Below, piece after piece: positions 1 through 9,919 of a DNA stretch of 64,000 bases (position 1 is the first letter of the stretch; each line of letters starts with the position of its first letter). The stretch is taken from positions 64,001 through 128,000 of the forward strand of contig JBGSZS010000008.1 in the NCBI GenBank assembly GCA_041750285.1. Direction: 5' to 3'. A program made the translations under genes and the position numbers. Source of the DNA: Candidatus Fermentibacteraceae bacterium (GTDB lineage Bacteria; Fermentibacterota; Fermentibacteria; Fermentibacterales; JCC-6). The notes below the pieces were generated by a model that did no database searches, had not been told where the DNA came from, and saw only the letters and a program-made list of their open reading frames with translations.

Positions 1-333
1 GCCTGCTGCCACGAGCGGGCCGAACCAGTCCCCCTTCCCCGCCTCATCGGTACCAATGCGCAGACCTGTGATCACCCCGGGGGCGGGTCTTCCCGACAAA
101 AGGGCCGAAACCTCGGAGAGAAAATGCGAATCGCCGCCCGCAGGTACGTATGAGAAGCCCTTCTTTACAGACCAGTAGTAGTTCATCCTGCAGGTCTTCC
201 CGCCTTTTTCCAATGTGGCCTGAATGCCGTTTGCGAGCTTCTTCTCCCCAACGGTAATGATACCCGCCCCGCCGAGAGTGAGTCCGGCCAGACGGGCACA
301 CTCGGACAGCCCTGAGCACCGGGTGCCAGTCAT
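1..333 (-). CDS. rnhC: Ribonuclease HIII, N-terminal part (runs off window start)
   Basis: Manual translation from ATG at 333 (not in ORF track) ends ...LRIGTDEAGKGDWFGPLVAAG, the RNase HII/HIII DExGxG motif, after a ~90-aa N-terminal extension typical of HIII. Confidence 0.8.
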   Translation of the reverse strand, partial: MTGTRCSGLSECARLAGLTLGGAGIITVGEKKLANGIQATLEKGGKTCRMNYYWSVKKGFSYVPAGGDSHFLSEVSALLSGRPAPGVITGLRIGTDEAGKGDWFGPLVAAG

Positions 334-340
334 TCCCCCG

Positions 341-1147
341 CTACTCCTGCTCGAAGGGATTTTCGATTTCCAGCACGGTTCCCGGCGTGTAGGAATCGAG
401 CAGGCAGGATATCTCTCCAATGATCATCGAAGCCGTCATGAGAACGGGCATGTGTCTGCTGTCGTCGGTGACCCAGATGAAGATCTCGCCCTCCTGCTTG
501 AAAATGCCGTCACCCCGAAGCTCGGGTTTGAGAAGAAGGCAGTCGAAGGTGCCTGCGGGAGTTCTTATGGTGTTGCGCTCAAGCACGTTCACCCACAGAG
601 GGTAGTTGTCGTTGTCAACGTGGACATCCATGCTGAACCTGTCTCCGAGTTCGAAGGACAGGGTTCTGGCATAGTAGAATGCTCCCAGTACATCCAGGGC
701 ATGAGGCGGGATTGGGTCCTCCATCTTCTCGGGGTCGGTCTCGCCGGGATATCTCGCGACGCCTTCTTCCTGGTAGAAAAGGGTTTCCTCGGAGCGGGAG
801 TAGCTGCCCTCCCTTAGATCCTTGAAATACCTGAGTGTATGGAGCTGAACGACGTCGAGGTGCGAACGGTTCACGTCCCTCACGGTGAAGAAACCGTCGA
901 ATACCGGATTGCTCCGGGCTTCGGCGGTGATGCGGTACGCCAGCAGCCCGTTCACGTCTTCGGGACCCGTCACGGAAAGCGAGGCGGTGCCGGCCTTCAT
1001 GATTCCGTACTGAACATTGAAGACAAGCCTTTCACCGGGACCCCATGACTCGTTCGGAACGTACCTGCGGGTGTAATCGCCCCATTCCCAGACCGTAGCC
1101 GCCTGAAGGCAGGAGAAGATGACCATGGAGCAGAGGATTAACTTCAT
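341..1147 (-). CDS. DUF3108-family secreted protein
   Basis: Signal peptide MKLILCSMVIF; motifs GERLVF, TPAGTFDC, IWVTDDSRHMPV; ATG overlaps the upstream stop. Confidence 0.75.
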   Translation of the reverse strand: MKLILCSMVIFSCLQAATVWEWGDYTRRYVPNESWGPGERLVFNVQYGIMKAGTASLSVTGPEDVNGLLAYRITAEARSNPVFDGFFTVRDVNRSHLDVVQLHTLRYFKDLREGSYSRSEETLFYQEEGVARYPGETDPEKMEDPIPPHALDVLGAFYYARTLSFELGDRFSMDVHVDNDNYPLWVNVLERNTIRTPAGTFDCLLLKPELRGDGIFKQEGEIFIWVTDDSRHMPVLMTASMIIGEISCLLDSYTPGTVLEIENPFEQE

Positions 1148-2193
1148 ATGTCCGCCTTTCGGATCTTGCTTCCGGGTGTGATACACCATGGTGAGAGGGC
1201 TTGTTCCCATTTCCTTCCCACGGATTCAATTGAAAACTCACGACAAACATATTCCCTGGCATTCGCACCCAGGTATTGGCCGACTTCAGGGTTTTCCGCG
1301 AGATGCCGCATCTGGGCGGCAAGCTGCACGTGATTGCCCGGGGAATGAAGAAGCCCCGTCAAGCCGTCACGGACGATGTCGCACAGGCCGTTCGTTGCCG
1401 CGGCCAGAAGCGGGAGGCCCGAACTCATCATCTCCAGCCCCGCACGGCTGACGACCTCGCTCCCAAGACTTGTCACCACTCCTATCGATGCCCTTGCGAG
1501 AAGTGTTCTGACATCCTGAAGCCGTCCCGTGAAAATGACCCTGTCCTTCACACCGTGCATGCTTGCGTATTCGGACAGTTCCTCGGAGGTCTGCTGATCG
1601 TTCTCACCGGCGATGACCGCCCGCCAGTCAGGGGGCATCAGGGTCATGGCCCTTATCAGGACCCTGTGGCCCTTGACAGGGCTGAGGCGCCCCAGCGATA
1701 CCACAACCTTCTCCCCCGGAAAAGTTGAGGGGGTGAAAAAGGCGGTGTCTACCGGAAACGGAACGACCTCGACTGCTCCCTGCCGTTCACCCTGATAGCC
1801 CCTGGTGGCCATGAAGGGGGAGGGGAAGACGACAAGGGAGGTCCGCCTGTCTACAAACCTCCACAGGAAACCCCGTGAAGCCCTGCGCTGATCGTTGCGC
1901 ACCCTGACAAGGGGAACTCCCGGCAAAAGAACGGCTGCGGCGGTCTGTCCCTCACCCCGGTGGACGCAGAGAATATCGGGGCGGTGCCGACGGGCCGACA
2001 TCATGAAGCTCCAGACATTCCCGGGCACGACACACGGAACTCCTGATGCCCTGGCCATACCGGCGACAGGACCGGATGAGGGAACCTGAAGCAGCACGTC
2101 ATGCCCGGTCCGGGAAAGGCACAGCGCCTGCATTGCCGCACCCTGGGCCGAGGCGTTCCACCAGCGGCAGTTGACCGTAACGATGACCTTCAA
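1144..2193 (-). CDS. Glycosyltransferase family 4
   Basis: GRLSPVKGH, SEVVSRAGLEMMSSGLP, DGLTGLL GT-B motifs. Confidence 0.85.
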   Translation of the reverse strand: MKVIVTVNCRWWNASAQGAAMQALCLSRTGHDVLLQVPSSGPVAGMARASGVPCVVPGNVWSFMMSARRHRPDILCVHRGEGQTAAAVLLPGVPLVRVRNDQRRASRGFLWRFVDRRTSLVVFPSPFMATRGYQGERQGAVEVVPFPVDTAFFTPSTFPGEKVVVSLGRLSPVKGHRVLIRAMTLMPPDWRAVIAGENDQQTSEELSEYASMHGVKDRVIFTGRLQDVRTLLARASIGVVTSLGSEVVSRAGLEMMSSGLPLLAAATNGLCDIVRDGLTGLLHSPGNHVQLAAQMRHLAENPEVGQYLGANAREYVCREFSIESVGRKWEQALSPWCITPGSKIRKADI

Positions 2194-2259
2194 GGCTTGT
2201 CCTCCTTCAGAACCGTTTTATACTGCACCCCACGGGGGATGAAAACACCGGGAGGGTGA

Positions 2260-3411
2260 ATGAAGGTTTCCCGAAGGCTCGAAGCGGTGCATATGCCGCC
2301 CATACACCCGATGATGAACCGAATCAGGGAAATGCGCATGACGGGTGAAACCGTGTACTCCATGGCTCAGGCTGTTCCATGGTACGGCCCTCCTGAAGAA
2401 GCCCTCTCATCATTGTCGGACAGATTGCACGATCCCGTGACCCACCTTTACAGCCCCGACCCCGGATTGGCCTCCACCAGGCTTGCACTTGCCCTCGACC
2501 TGCAACGACGCCGTGGCATCCCGATCGATTTCGAGACCGAACTGCATCTGACTTGCGGTGCAAGCCAGGCCTTCCTGGGGGCCCTGCTTTCAGTGGCGGA
2601 CCAGGGCGACAGGGTGATAGTTCTCGAGCCCTATTACTTCGATCACATTTTCGCCCTTCAGTTCTCCGGCATCATTCCTGACCTGGTCCCGCTTCGAGAG
2701 ACCACGGGCTGGGAGTTTCCGTGGGAGATGGTAAAAAGGCGCATCCCCGGCGCGAAGGCAATGGTTCTCGTCAATCCCGGGAATCCCACGGGCGCGGTAC
2801 TCTGCCACGAACACCTGAAGCTGCTCACTGAAGAAACCGCAAGAGAGGGTTGCGCGCTCATAATAGACGAGACCTACGAGAGGTTCAACTTCACCGGAAG
2901 CACATGGCACCCATGGATGGATGAGAAAGCCGGCCACGTCCTCACGCTGGGAAGCTTCTCCAAGAGCTTCGGGATGCCGGGCTGGCGGCTCGGGTATCTT
3001 TTCGGGCCGGGCAGCATTCTTGAAGAAGCACTGAAGGTGCAGGACTCGGTTGTCATCTGCCCCCCCGCTCCGGCGCAGATCATTCTCGAAAAGTGTCTCG
3101 ATCTGCCGGGTTTCGTTGAGGAGAAGGCATTGAAAGTCAGGGAAAGGCTCATCCTGTGCCGGAACGCTCTCGAGTCCGCTGAAGGGCTTCACTGGCGCGA
3201 GGCGGGGGGCGGTTTCTTCACCCTCGCCGCGTGTCCGGGTCTCGAAAGCTACGAGGCATCCGAGATCCTGCTGTCCAGGTATCGAATAGGGACAATTCCC
3301 GGGGGAGCCTTCGGCGAAGCGGGGGAAAACCATGTAAGGATCAGCTTCGGCTGCCTGCCCGACAGCTCTCTTCAAGACGCAATGGATGCTCTTGCTTCGG
3401 TCAGGTTGTGA
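2260..3411 (+). CDS. PLP-dependent aminotransferase class I/II
   Basis: NPGNPTG, IIDETY, SFSKSFGMPGWRLGY. Confidence 0.92.
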   Translation: MKVSRRLEAVHMPPIHPMMNRIREMRMTGETVYSMAQAVPWYGPPEEALSSLSDRLHDPVTHLYSPDPGLASTRLALALDLQRRRGIPIDFETELHLTCGASQAFLGALLSVADQGDRVIVLEPYYFDHIFALQFSGIIPDLVPLRETTGWEFPWEMVKRRIPGAKAMVLVNPGNPTGAVLCHEHLKLLTEETAREGCALIIDETYERFNFTGSTWHPWMDEKAGHVLTLGSFSKSFGMPGWRLGYLFGPGSILEEALKVQDSVVICPPAPAQIILEKCLDLPGFVEEKALKVRERLILCRNALESAEGLHWREAGGGFFTLAACPGLESYEASEILLSRYRIGTIPGGAFGEAGENHVRISFGCLPDSSLQDAMDALASVRL

Positions 3412-3445
3412 CTGCTGATGCAATAACCCAAAGAAAAGGAAGAAT

Positions 3446-4924
3446 ATGAAACAGGCTGTATCTGTCCTTGTCATTGCGGCGTTCTTCACTCCCCTTGGAG
3501 CTTCCGCGGTAACCGCAACACAGGCGGAAGAGGTGGTGCTTGAAAGGGTGGGGAGGGATGGTCACGGAAGCACCCACACCATCGCCTGCATGACCGGGCT
3601 TGTCAGCCCGGACCTTGACAGAACGGTGGCGTTCGTCTTCGAGCTTGATCCCGCTGGGTTCGTTGTGACAGGTGCCGATACCGACCTGCCACCGGTGGTT
3701 TGCTACAGCTATGACAATGGTTGCAGGGATGACGAACAGGGTCGAAACCCTCTTCTGGAGATGGTGCAAAAGGACATGGAGACAAGGCTCACCCATCTCA
3801 CTCAGACTCCGGACCGGATCGTCATGCTCAATCACGCAATGTGGGAGGATTACGCATCGGGGGTGTGCACGGTCCTGTCCCCGGCACTTCTGGAACAGTG
3901 GCCCCCTGAAGGTTCCACCCCCACAGGGGGATGGCTGATGGAGAACTGGCACCAGAGCGCGCCTTACAACCAGTACTGCCCGATGGATCTGATCGCCGGG
4001 GCAAGGAGTGTCGCGGGCTGTCCCGCGGTTGCGATGGCAGCCATCGTGAACTTCCGCGAGAACACCAACGGAACAAGGTTCGACGACACCGACGATTACT
4101 ATCACAACTACCACGAGTACTACTGGATCGACGACGACTTCGTGGCACACGACTTTCCGTCCTGGCCCGTTCTCAACGGCTACATGGAAACCATCGACAA
4201 CCTGTACTCGACCCAGCAACCACTGACCCAGCAGGACAAGGCTGCCCTCGTGTACGCTTCGGGAGCCGCTTGCAGACAGGTCTACACCGCCTCGGTCTCC
4301 GGCACTTTCGGCGTGGGGCAGGCCTTCGACGCCTATCTGAGGTTCGGTTTCGCCGAATGCGAGCTTCTCGACGGCTCTTCCGACAGCCTCTACGAAAGGC
4401 TTTCCCAGAACATGATCGACGCCCTCCCGGCTCATCTTGCAATAGTGGACTCGGGTCCCACCTACGGTCACAATGTGGTGGTGGACGGTTACAACACAGA
4501 TGACTTCTACCACATCAACTTCGGGTGGAACGGGCCATACAACGGGTGGTACCAGTTTCCCCTCACCGAAATGCCCTACGGCATGAACATCATCGAGGGA
4601 ATCATCATCGATATCGGCGCTGACCCGCTATCCGCGGAAGGCGGCGCGATCCCCGGGGATATCCGGCCGGTCGCTCTGTCGGCCTGTATAAACCCTGCGG
4701 CAAGCCCTGTATTCATGGATCTGACGGCAACCCGTGAGTCCATGGTCACCGTGAGCGCCTACAGCGTTTCCGGGAGACTGCTCGATACTATTGCCTGCGG
4801 CAGTTTCGGCGCCGGAACCCACAGACTCGCCTGGAACACGGAAGACGTGCCTGCAGGGGTGTGCTTCATCGTGGCCGCGGGTCCATGGGGAACCGAATCG
4901 ATGCGTGTGACGGTCCTTCGCTGA
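3446..4924 (+). CDS. Secreted C10 (streptopain-like) cysteine peptidase with prodomain and T9SS-like C-terminal domain
   Basis: Signal peptide; WHQSAPYN, GCPAVAMA (catalytic Cys), GHNVVVDGY (His), HINFGWNG; C-terminal INPA...YSVSGRL. Confidence 0.85.
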   Translation: MKQAVSVLVIAAFFTPLGASAVTATQAEEVVLERVGRDGHGSTHTIACMTGLVSPDLDRTVAFVFELDPAGFVVTGADTDLPPVVCYSYDNGCRDDEQGRNPLLEMVQKDMETRLTHLTQTPDRIVMLNHAMWEDYASGVCTVLSPALLEQWPPEGSTPTGGWLMENWHQSAPYNQYCPMDLIAGARSVAGCPAVAMAAIVNFRENTNGTRFDDTDDYYHNYHEYYWIDDDFVAHDFPSWPVLNGYMETIDNLYSTQQPLTQQDKAALVYASGAACRQVYTASVSGTFGVGQAFDAYLRFGFAECELLDGSSDSLYERLSQNMIDALPAHLAIVDSGPTYGHNVVVDGYNTDDFYHINFGWNGPYNGWYQFPLTEMPYGMNIIEGIIIDIGADPLSAEGGAIPGDIRPVALSACINPAASPVFMDLTATRESMVTVSAYSVSGRLLDTIACGSFGAGTHRLAWNTEDVPAGVCFIVAAGPWGTESMRVTVLR

Positions 4925-4932
4925 AAGGCACC

Positions 4933-5748
4933 GTGGGTAGTCCGGGAAAGGCTTTCTCACCGAGGCGGATCGCAGGAACGGCGTACCACCTTGCACGAAG
5001 GTACCTGTACTGGTACGTCTCTGCAACCCGCTTCGCGACGGAAAGGCTTTCCCGGTCACTGCCTCACACTGCCTGCGCCCATTCAAGCCCTCTTCTTCGC
5101 AACCTGCGAAACACCGACATGTGGATGCAGTACAACAAAATAACCAATCTGAGCATTGCGGTTCGAAAGCTCAACGGGCTTGTTGTCCGTCCGGGTAGGG
5201 TTTTCTCATTCTGGAGACAGATTGGAAAGCCGACGACAGCAAAGGGCTACCTCCAGGGAATGGTTCTCAGCAGCGGAAAGGTCATTCCGGGGGTTGGCGG
5301 AGGATTGTGCCAGCTTTCGAACCTGATCTACTGGATGACACTCCACACTCCTCTTACGGTCGTGGAAAGATGGCGGCACGGTTACGATGTCTTCCCCGAC
5401 GCAGACAGAGAGCAGCCCTTCGGCAGCGGCGCCACCTGCGCCTATCCTGCGATAGACCTACAAGTTGGGAATGACACCGGATCGGCCTTTCAGCTTCTGC
5501 TTGAACTCACTGAAACGCATCTGTCTGGGCGGTGGGTCTCGGAATCGGCACCGGTGAACAGGTACCTGATCGTTGAGCGCGACCACTGCTTCCGTCTGGA
5601 ATCATGGGGCGGCTACACCCGCAACAACAGGCTTTTCAGGCAGGTCTTCGATATCGGTACCGGAGAGCTTGCAGAAGAGACTCTGGTTGCCGAGAATCGC
5701 TCAATGATGATGTACAGCCCCCTGATCGAGGCTCCTGCGGAAGCCTGA
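4933..5748 (+). CDS. VanW family protein
   Basis: FSFWRQIG, GVGGGLCQLSN, VERWRH; GTG start at 4933 chosen to avoid overlap. Confidence 0.85.
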   Translation: MGSPGKAFSPRRIAGTAYHLARRYLYWYVSATRFATERLSRSLPHTACAHSSPLLRNLRNTDMWMQYNKITNLSIAVRKLNGLVVRPGRVFSFWRQIGKPTTAKGYLQGMVLSSGKVIPGVGGGLCQLSNLIYWMTLHTPLTVVERWRHGYDVFPDADREQPFGSGATCAYPAIDLQVGNDTGSAFQLLLELTETHLSGRWVSESAPVNRYLIVERDHCFRLESWGGYTRNNRLFRQVFDIGTGELAEETLVAENRSMMMYSPLIEAPAEA

Positions 5749-5836
5749 CAGGGCTGGAAAGGTTCATTGACAAGGCAGACTGCAATGCGCAGTGTTCCCG
5801 CCGTCGATCCATTCAGAAAACAGTCCGGGAGGAAAA

Positions 5837-6076
5837 GTGGAAAACATCATGGGGATCCTGCCGTTTCTCATCATAATGGGTCTGTACTCGGTTCTGTCGA
5901 TGGTATTCGCGTTCGTACAACCGCCGGCTTTCCTGAACGGCCTCTTCAAGGTTCCGGGAATCTTCGTCTTCCTTCCCGATAACCTCGTCATCCCGGTGGG
6001 TCGTGTATTCATGGGCCTGCTCGGAATCGGGCTGATAGTGTTCCTGGTGATAAGGCTGTCGGGAATCCCTGGATAG
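5837..6076 (+). CDS. Small membrane protein
   Basis: GGAGG RBS before GTG 5837; two hydrophobic segments. Confidence 0.6.
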   Translation: MENIMGILPFLIIMGLYSVLSMVFAFVQPPAFLNGLFKVPGIFVFLPDNLVIPVGRVFMGLLGIGLIVFLVIRLSGIPG

Positions 6077-6087
6077 GGCAGCCGGTT

Positions 6088-7116
6088 TCACCGTTCCGTA
6101 CAGCTTCCGAAACCCCTTATCAGGGGCAGTGTCCGAAGCAGGGTTCCGTTCAGGTGAAAATGGCAGACACCACGGGCGCCGGCCCGGAGAGCGGCCTCGA
6201 CCTGTGATGCCGCCTCATCGGATGACATTTCCAGCGTTCCGATGCCCGATCCAAGCCCGCATACGGTGAAGAAGCCTCCCGGAAGAAGGGAGAGCTGCCC
6301 CGACAGGGCTTCCTCGAGCTCTGGCGTGGTGCGGAAGTAATCCATCAGGTAGATCCCGTCCACGATGCCCCGCCGGCTCCAATCGACCCAGTCCTGTCCG
6401 CAGCCCAGGGCATCCTGGTAGTCCGGGAGAACTGCAGTGGATACTTTAACCCCACTTGCGCGAACGATTTCCGAAAGAAAGGCTATCGACTGCGTGATGC
6501 GTCCAATCCTCCAGTCCGCAAAAAGGTCGCCCAGAGGGCCCAGCGGGGCGGCGTCTTCCGGCCAGTCCCCCACGGTCAGTCCGGTCTGTTCCTGAAATGC
6601 CGCCCGGCAGCGGTCACAGTAACAGGTGCTTCCGTTCGGGAACCTTGCGTAGTCGAAATGCACCCCGTCCAGGGAGAACCGTTCAAGCATCTCGACTATG
6701 AGAGCGGCCTCCAGCTCAAGGTTTGACGGATTGCTGGGGCAAAGCCATGGCAGAGTGTCTCCCTCCAGATTGACCTGAAGCCTCCCCGCTTCCGCGAGGC
6801 TGTCGAGGAGTGAGCTGTCTGCGTTGGTCGATTTCCAGAGGACGACCCATGCATGAACCTCGATGCCCCTCGTCCCGCATTCGGTCAGAATGCCCTCGAC
6901 CCATTCGGGATCAGCGGGAAAACGGGGTGAATCCGGTACGATGGCTGAAGGGTATGCGGGAGTGACTCCATAGAGGAAACAAGGAAGGACATGGTCCACA
7001 CCCGATGCCTGAAGCACTTGGGCGGCTGCTTCCCAGTCACCGGGGTATCCCTTGGCCACCCATACCCCGTGAACGGGCTGGCTGCAGAACAGGGATGCAA
7101 GGATCAGCGGGATCAT
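6088..7116 (-). CDS. Glycoside hydrolase-like 10 (DUF187/YddW-like) protein
   Basis: GIEVHAWV, WLCPSNP, DGVHFDYARFP, GQDWVDW; signal peptide. Confidence 0.8.
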   Translation of the reverse strand: MIPLILASLFCSQPVHGVWVAKGYPGDWEAAAQVLQASGVDHVLPCFLYGVTPAYPSAIVPDSPRFPADPEWVEGILTECGTRGIEVHAWVVLWKSTNADSSLLDSLAEAGRLQVNLEGDTLPWLCPSNPSNLELEAALIVEMLERFSLDGVHFDYARFPNGSTCYCDRCRAAFQEQTGLTVGDWPEDAAPLGPLGDLFADWRIGRITQSIAFLSEIVRASGVKVSTAVLPDYQDALGCGQDWVDWSRRGIVDGIYLMDYFRTTPELEEALSGQLSLLPGGFFTVCGLGSGIGTLEMSSDEAASQVEAALRAGARGVCHFHLNGTLLRTLPLIRGFGSCTER

Positions 7117-7511
7117 CCGTCTCCCTCCGTACAAATACATTTTTCTGATGCCGGGCACTCTCCGGTCATCCCTGTCAGCCGAAGCCTCATGTCTGCCAGG
7201 GCCGATTCCCTGCCCGGGTGATCGGCGCTGAGGTCAACCGGCTTCAGGATGGACTCACCCATCAGCTGGAGCAGCGCGGCTGCGCAGTGGTACCTGCAAA
7301 GGTAGTCCGGGTTGCCGGCAAGGGTTCTGAACAGAATCCATCCCGCTTCATCAACCGTGGACTTCGATGCGATCACATACCAGATGACGTAGTAGTTGCC
7401 GAACCTGCCTTCGCTTACTTCAGCAAGAAGTTCAGCCGCCGTTCTGGCTTCCATCCGTTTTCGTTCCTCATCGGCGGCTTTTTCCCACCTGTCCTGCCAG
7501 GTCTCAGTCAC
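7113..7511 (-). CDS. Hypothetical helical protein
   Basis: 3' part of ORF 7113..7880; GTG start overlaps the upstream stop; fits operon. Confidence 0.55.
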   Translation of the reverse strand: MTETWQDRWEKAADEERKRMEARTAAELLAEVSEGRFGNYYVIWYVIASKSTVDEAGWILFRTLAGNPDYLCRYHCAAALLQLMGESILKPVDLSADHPGRESALADMRLRLTGMTGECPASEKCICTEGDG

Positions 7512-8061
7512 ATGATCCACGGTTCCACCGGCTGCTCTGGTCTCGCAAAAGCCTTCGGTACATACTTTTTGCTTCCTTGAAAAACACATTGAACCTTCCG
7601 TCGATGAAATCGGGAAAGCTGTGATCCGGTCCGCAGAACTCCCCGAAACGGTACCTGAGGCAGGTGTGCGCCCAAACCCCCTCTCCCATGTAGACCTTGT
7701 CGGGAGCCGGTTTGAAGCTGGCAAGCACCAGCTTTCCGTGATCAAGGTAACCGGGGTCGAGGTTGACGGTTCTCCCCGAAGATATCGACATGGTCTCTTC
7801 TGTTTCAAAGCAGAAAAGCTTCCATCGGGGAAGCTCTGACGGGTCCCGAAGACCGGAGAAACACAGCCAGGTCCTCTCAAGGCCGGTTCCCATCTCGGCC
7901 TGGTAGTAGGTGCTCATGTCAAACGGAAATGGTCTGCTGCGAAGGATCGTCTCTCCGAAATACCCCCGCAGTTCAGGCAGAACCCCGGTCAGCAGATCGG
8001 GCGAACCGCAGATGACGCTGACCACCGGAAGCACTGGCAGAATCCTTTCAGGACCCGACAC
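7504..8061 (-). CDS. DUF4416 family protein
   Basis: YYQAEMG, RTVNLDPGYL, LVLASFK, HSFPDF. Confidence 0.8.
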   Translation of the reverse strand: MSGPERILPVLPVVSVICGSPDLLTGVLPELRGYFGETILRSRPFPFDMSTYYQAEMGTGLERTWLCFSGLRDPSELPRWKLFCFETEETMSISSGRTVNLDPGYLDHGKLVLASFKPAPDKVYMGEGVWAHTCLRYRFGEFCGPDHSFPDFIDGRFNVFFKEAKSMYRRLLRDQSSRWNRGSCD

Positions 8062-8857
8062 GTCCCCTTCTTTCCACCTGGAGACGGGTCAGTTCACTCC
8101 AGGCCTCACCTGCGAGCCTTGCGCTCAGACCGAAGGCTTCCGCGACCGATGTGCCGTAATCCGCTGCCAGCTTCCTGTTCTCGCTCTCGCTCTCCCCCGC
8201 GATCCGCAGGTTTCCGTTGTGGGCGCTGAGCCTCCGGTCAGGCAGGGAGAGGTTGATGTGCAGGCTGTTCAATCCAGTGGCGTTGAAGGAATCCTGCCAA
8301 AAAGATATGAACTCGTTCCTGGAGAGGTCTCGCGACTCGAGGTGATACCGCCACTTGGGCTTTCCGCCGTTCTCTTCGCTGTGGAGGTCCCAGCCGTCAC
8401 CCCTGGGTGTCCAGACCAGCCTTCTTCCGGGAAGGTCGAGAACTCCTCCGTCCCCCCGTAATTGCACCGGCAGGGGAACCACAAAACCCGGGTCAAGCAG
8501 GAACGTCCCCTCCGCACCCTCGACAAGGAGAGCGCAATGGATGTTCCTGCCATGGCGCATGTGCCCTGTCAGGGGTCTCGCTCTCCAGCCGCATTCGGCA
8601 AGCACTGTACCAAGGGCTTCCGTGAGGGAGTAGCAGGTTCCGCCGGTGCCGTCCCGTGCAAATCCGCCAAAGACCTCGCCGGGCATTCTTAGCCGCTCCT
8701 CGCCCCGGGCCTTCAAAAGGAATTTAGTCAGGTTCTCCCAGGGGATCCTGCTGAATGCAGCGGCAACATCGAAAAGCCGGTCGATCCCTTTCTCGGGGTT
8801 CAATCCGAAATGATCGAAGAATATTTCAGCGGGCCGTTCCATGAACCAATCATACAT
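8048..8857 (-). CDS. Arylamine N-acetyltransferase family protein
   Basis: IPWENL, GGTCY (Cys), HCALLV (His), LLDPGF (Asp) triad. Confidence 0.8.
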   Translation of the reverse strand: MYDWFMERPAEIFFDHFGLNPEKGIDRLFDVAAAFSRIPWENLTKFLLKARGEERLRMPGEVFGGFARDGTGGTCYSLTEALGTVLAECGWRARPLTGHMRHGRNIHCALLVEGAEGTFLLDPGFVVPLPVQLRGDGGVLDLPGRRLVWTPRGDGWDLHSEENGGKPKWRYHLESRDLSRNEFISFWQDSFNATGLNSLHINLSLPDRRLSAHNGNLRIAGESESENRKLAADYGTSVAEAFGLSARLAGEAWSELTRLQVERRGRVGS

Positions 8858-8989
8858 GCTGTTGGGCGTGCCGGGGTCTGGCTGGTTCTCGGTTCAGAAC
8901 AAATACAGAGTCTGCTTTTCAAGATGTTAGCAGTATTGCATTTGAAACAGCAAACTTAGTTTTCTAAGTCCGTCCCCTATATTTCCGTC

Positions 8990-9919
8990 ATGGAAAAAAG
9001 GTACAGGGACCTCAACGGATACCTCAGGGAAACTTTCGGTGAGAAGGTGTACAAGGTCGGGCTGGTCGGGGGGTTTACGTGCCCGAACAGGGACGGGGCA
9101 CTGGGCACCGGCGGATGCAGCTTCTGCAACCCGGACAGCTCAAGACCCCTGAACCACCGTCCTGGAATGGGCATCACGGGCCAGCTCGAAGCGGGGACCG
9201 CCTACATTCGCACTCGGCACGGGGCCGGCTCATTTCTGGCCTATTTCCAGGACTGCACCACCACATACGGGCCACCCGGGACCCTCGAGGCCCTCTACCG
9301 CGAAGCCCTGGCATTCCCGGGCATCGTGGGGCTCTGCCTCTGTACAAGGCCCGACAGCCTTTGCCGGCCCGTGCTGGACCTCCTCGAGGAACTGTCAACG
9401 GAGCACTTCCTCTGGGTGGAGCTGGGCCTGCAGAGTGGAAGCGACGAAACCCTGGGCAGGATGAACAGGCGCCACACCGCGGCCGCCACACTGAGGGCAT
9501 TCAGGGAACTCCACCGCCGGGGCATCAGAACAGCTGCCCACGTCATCCTGGGCTATCCCGGAGAAACCTGGGAGCAAGCCATGGGAACCGCCGGACTGGT
9601 GAACGAAACATGGACGGCGGGGGTAAAGATACAGAACCTGCACGTAGTGAGGGACACTCCCCTCGAGAAGAGCTTTCTGGCCGGGGAGTTCACACCCTTC
9701 CCGATCGGGGAGTACGCCTCGCTGGCCGTCGATTTTCTGGAAAGGATAAACCCTGAAACCGTCATACTGCGTCTCACCGGTGAAGCCCCGGCCCACCTGA
9801 CAGTGGCGCCGGCGTGGAGCGTGAACAAGATGGCGGTCCTTGGGGCCGTGAGGACTGAACTGGCCAGGAGGGACACCTTCCAGGGCCGGCTCTTCGGGGA
9901 TGGGGGAAAACTGCCATGA
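8990..9919 (+). CDS. YhcC/TIGR01212-family radical SAM protein
   Basis: GFTCPNRDG...GGCSFC, YFQ, TRPD, VELGLQS. Confidence 0.9.
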   Translation: MEKRYRDLNGYLRETFGEKVYKVGLVGGFTCPNRDGALGTGGCSFCNPDSSRPLNHRPGMGITGQLEAGTAYIRTRHGAGSFLAYFQDCTTTYGPPGTLEALYREALAFPGIVGLCLCTRPDSLCRPVLDLLEELSTEHFLWVELGLQSGSDETLGRMNRRHTAAATLRAFRELHRRGIRTAAHVILGYPGETWEQAMGTAGLVNETWTAGVKIQNLHVVRDTPLEKSFLAGEFTPFPIGEYASLAVDFLERINPETVILRLTGEAPAHLTVAPAWSVNKMAVLGAVRTELARRDTFQGRLFGDGGKLP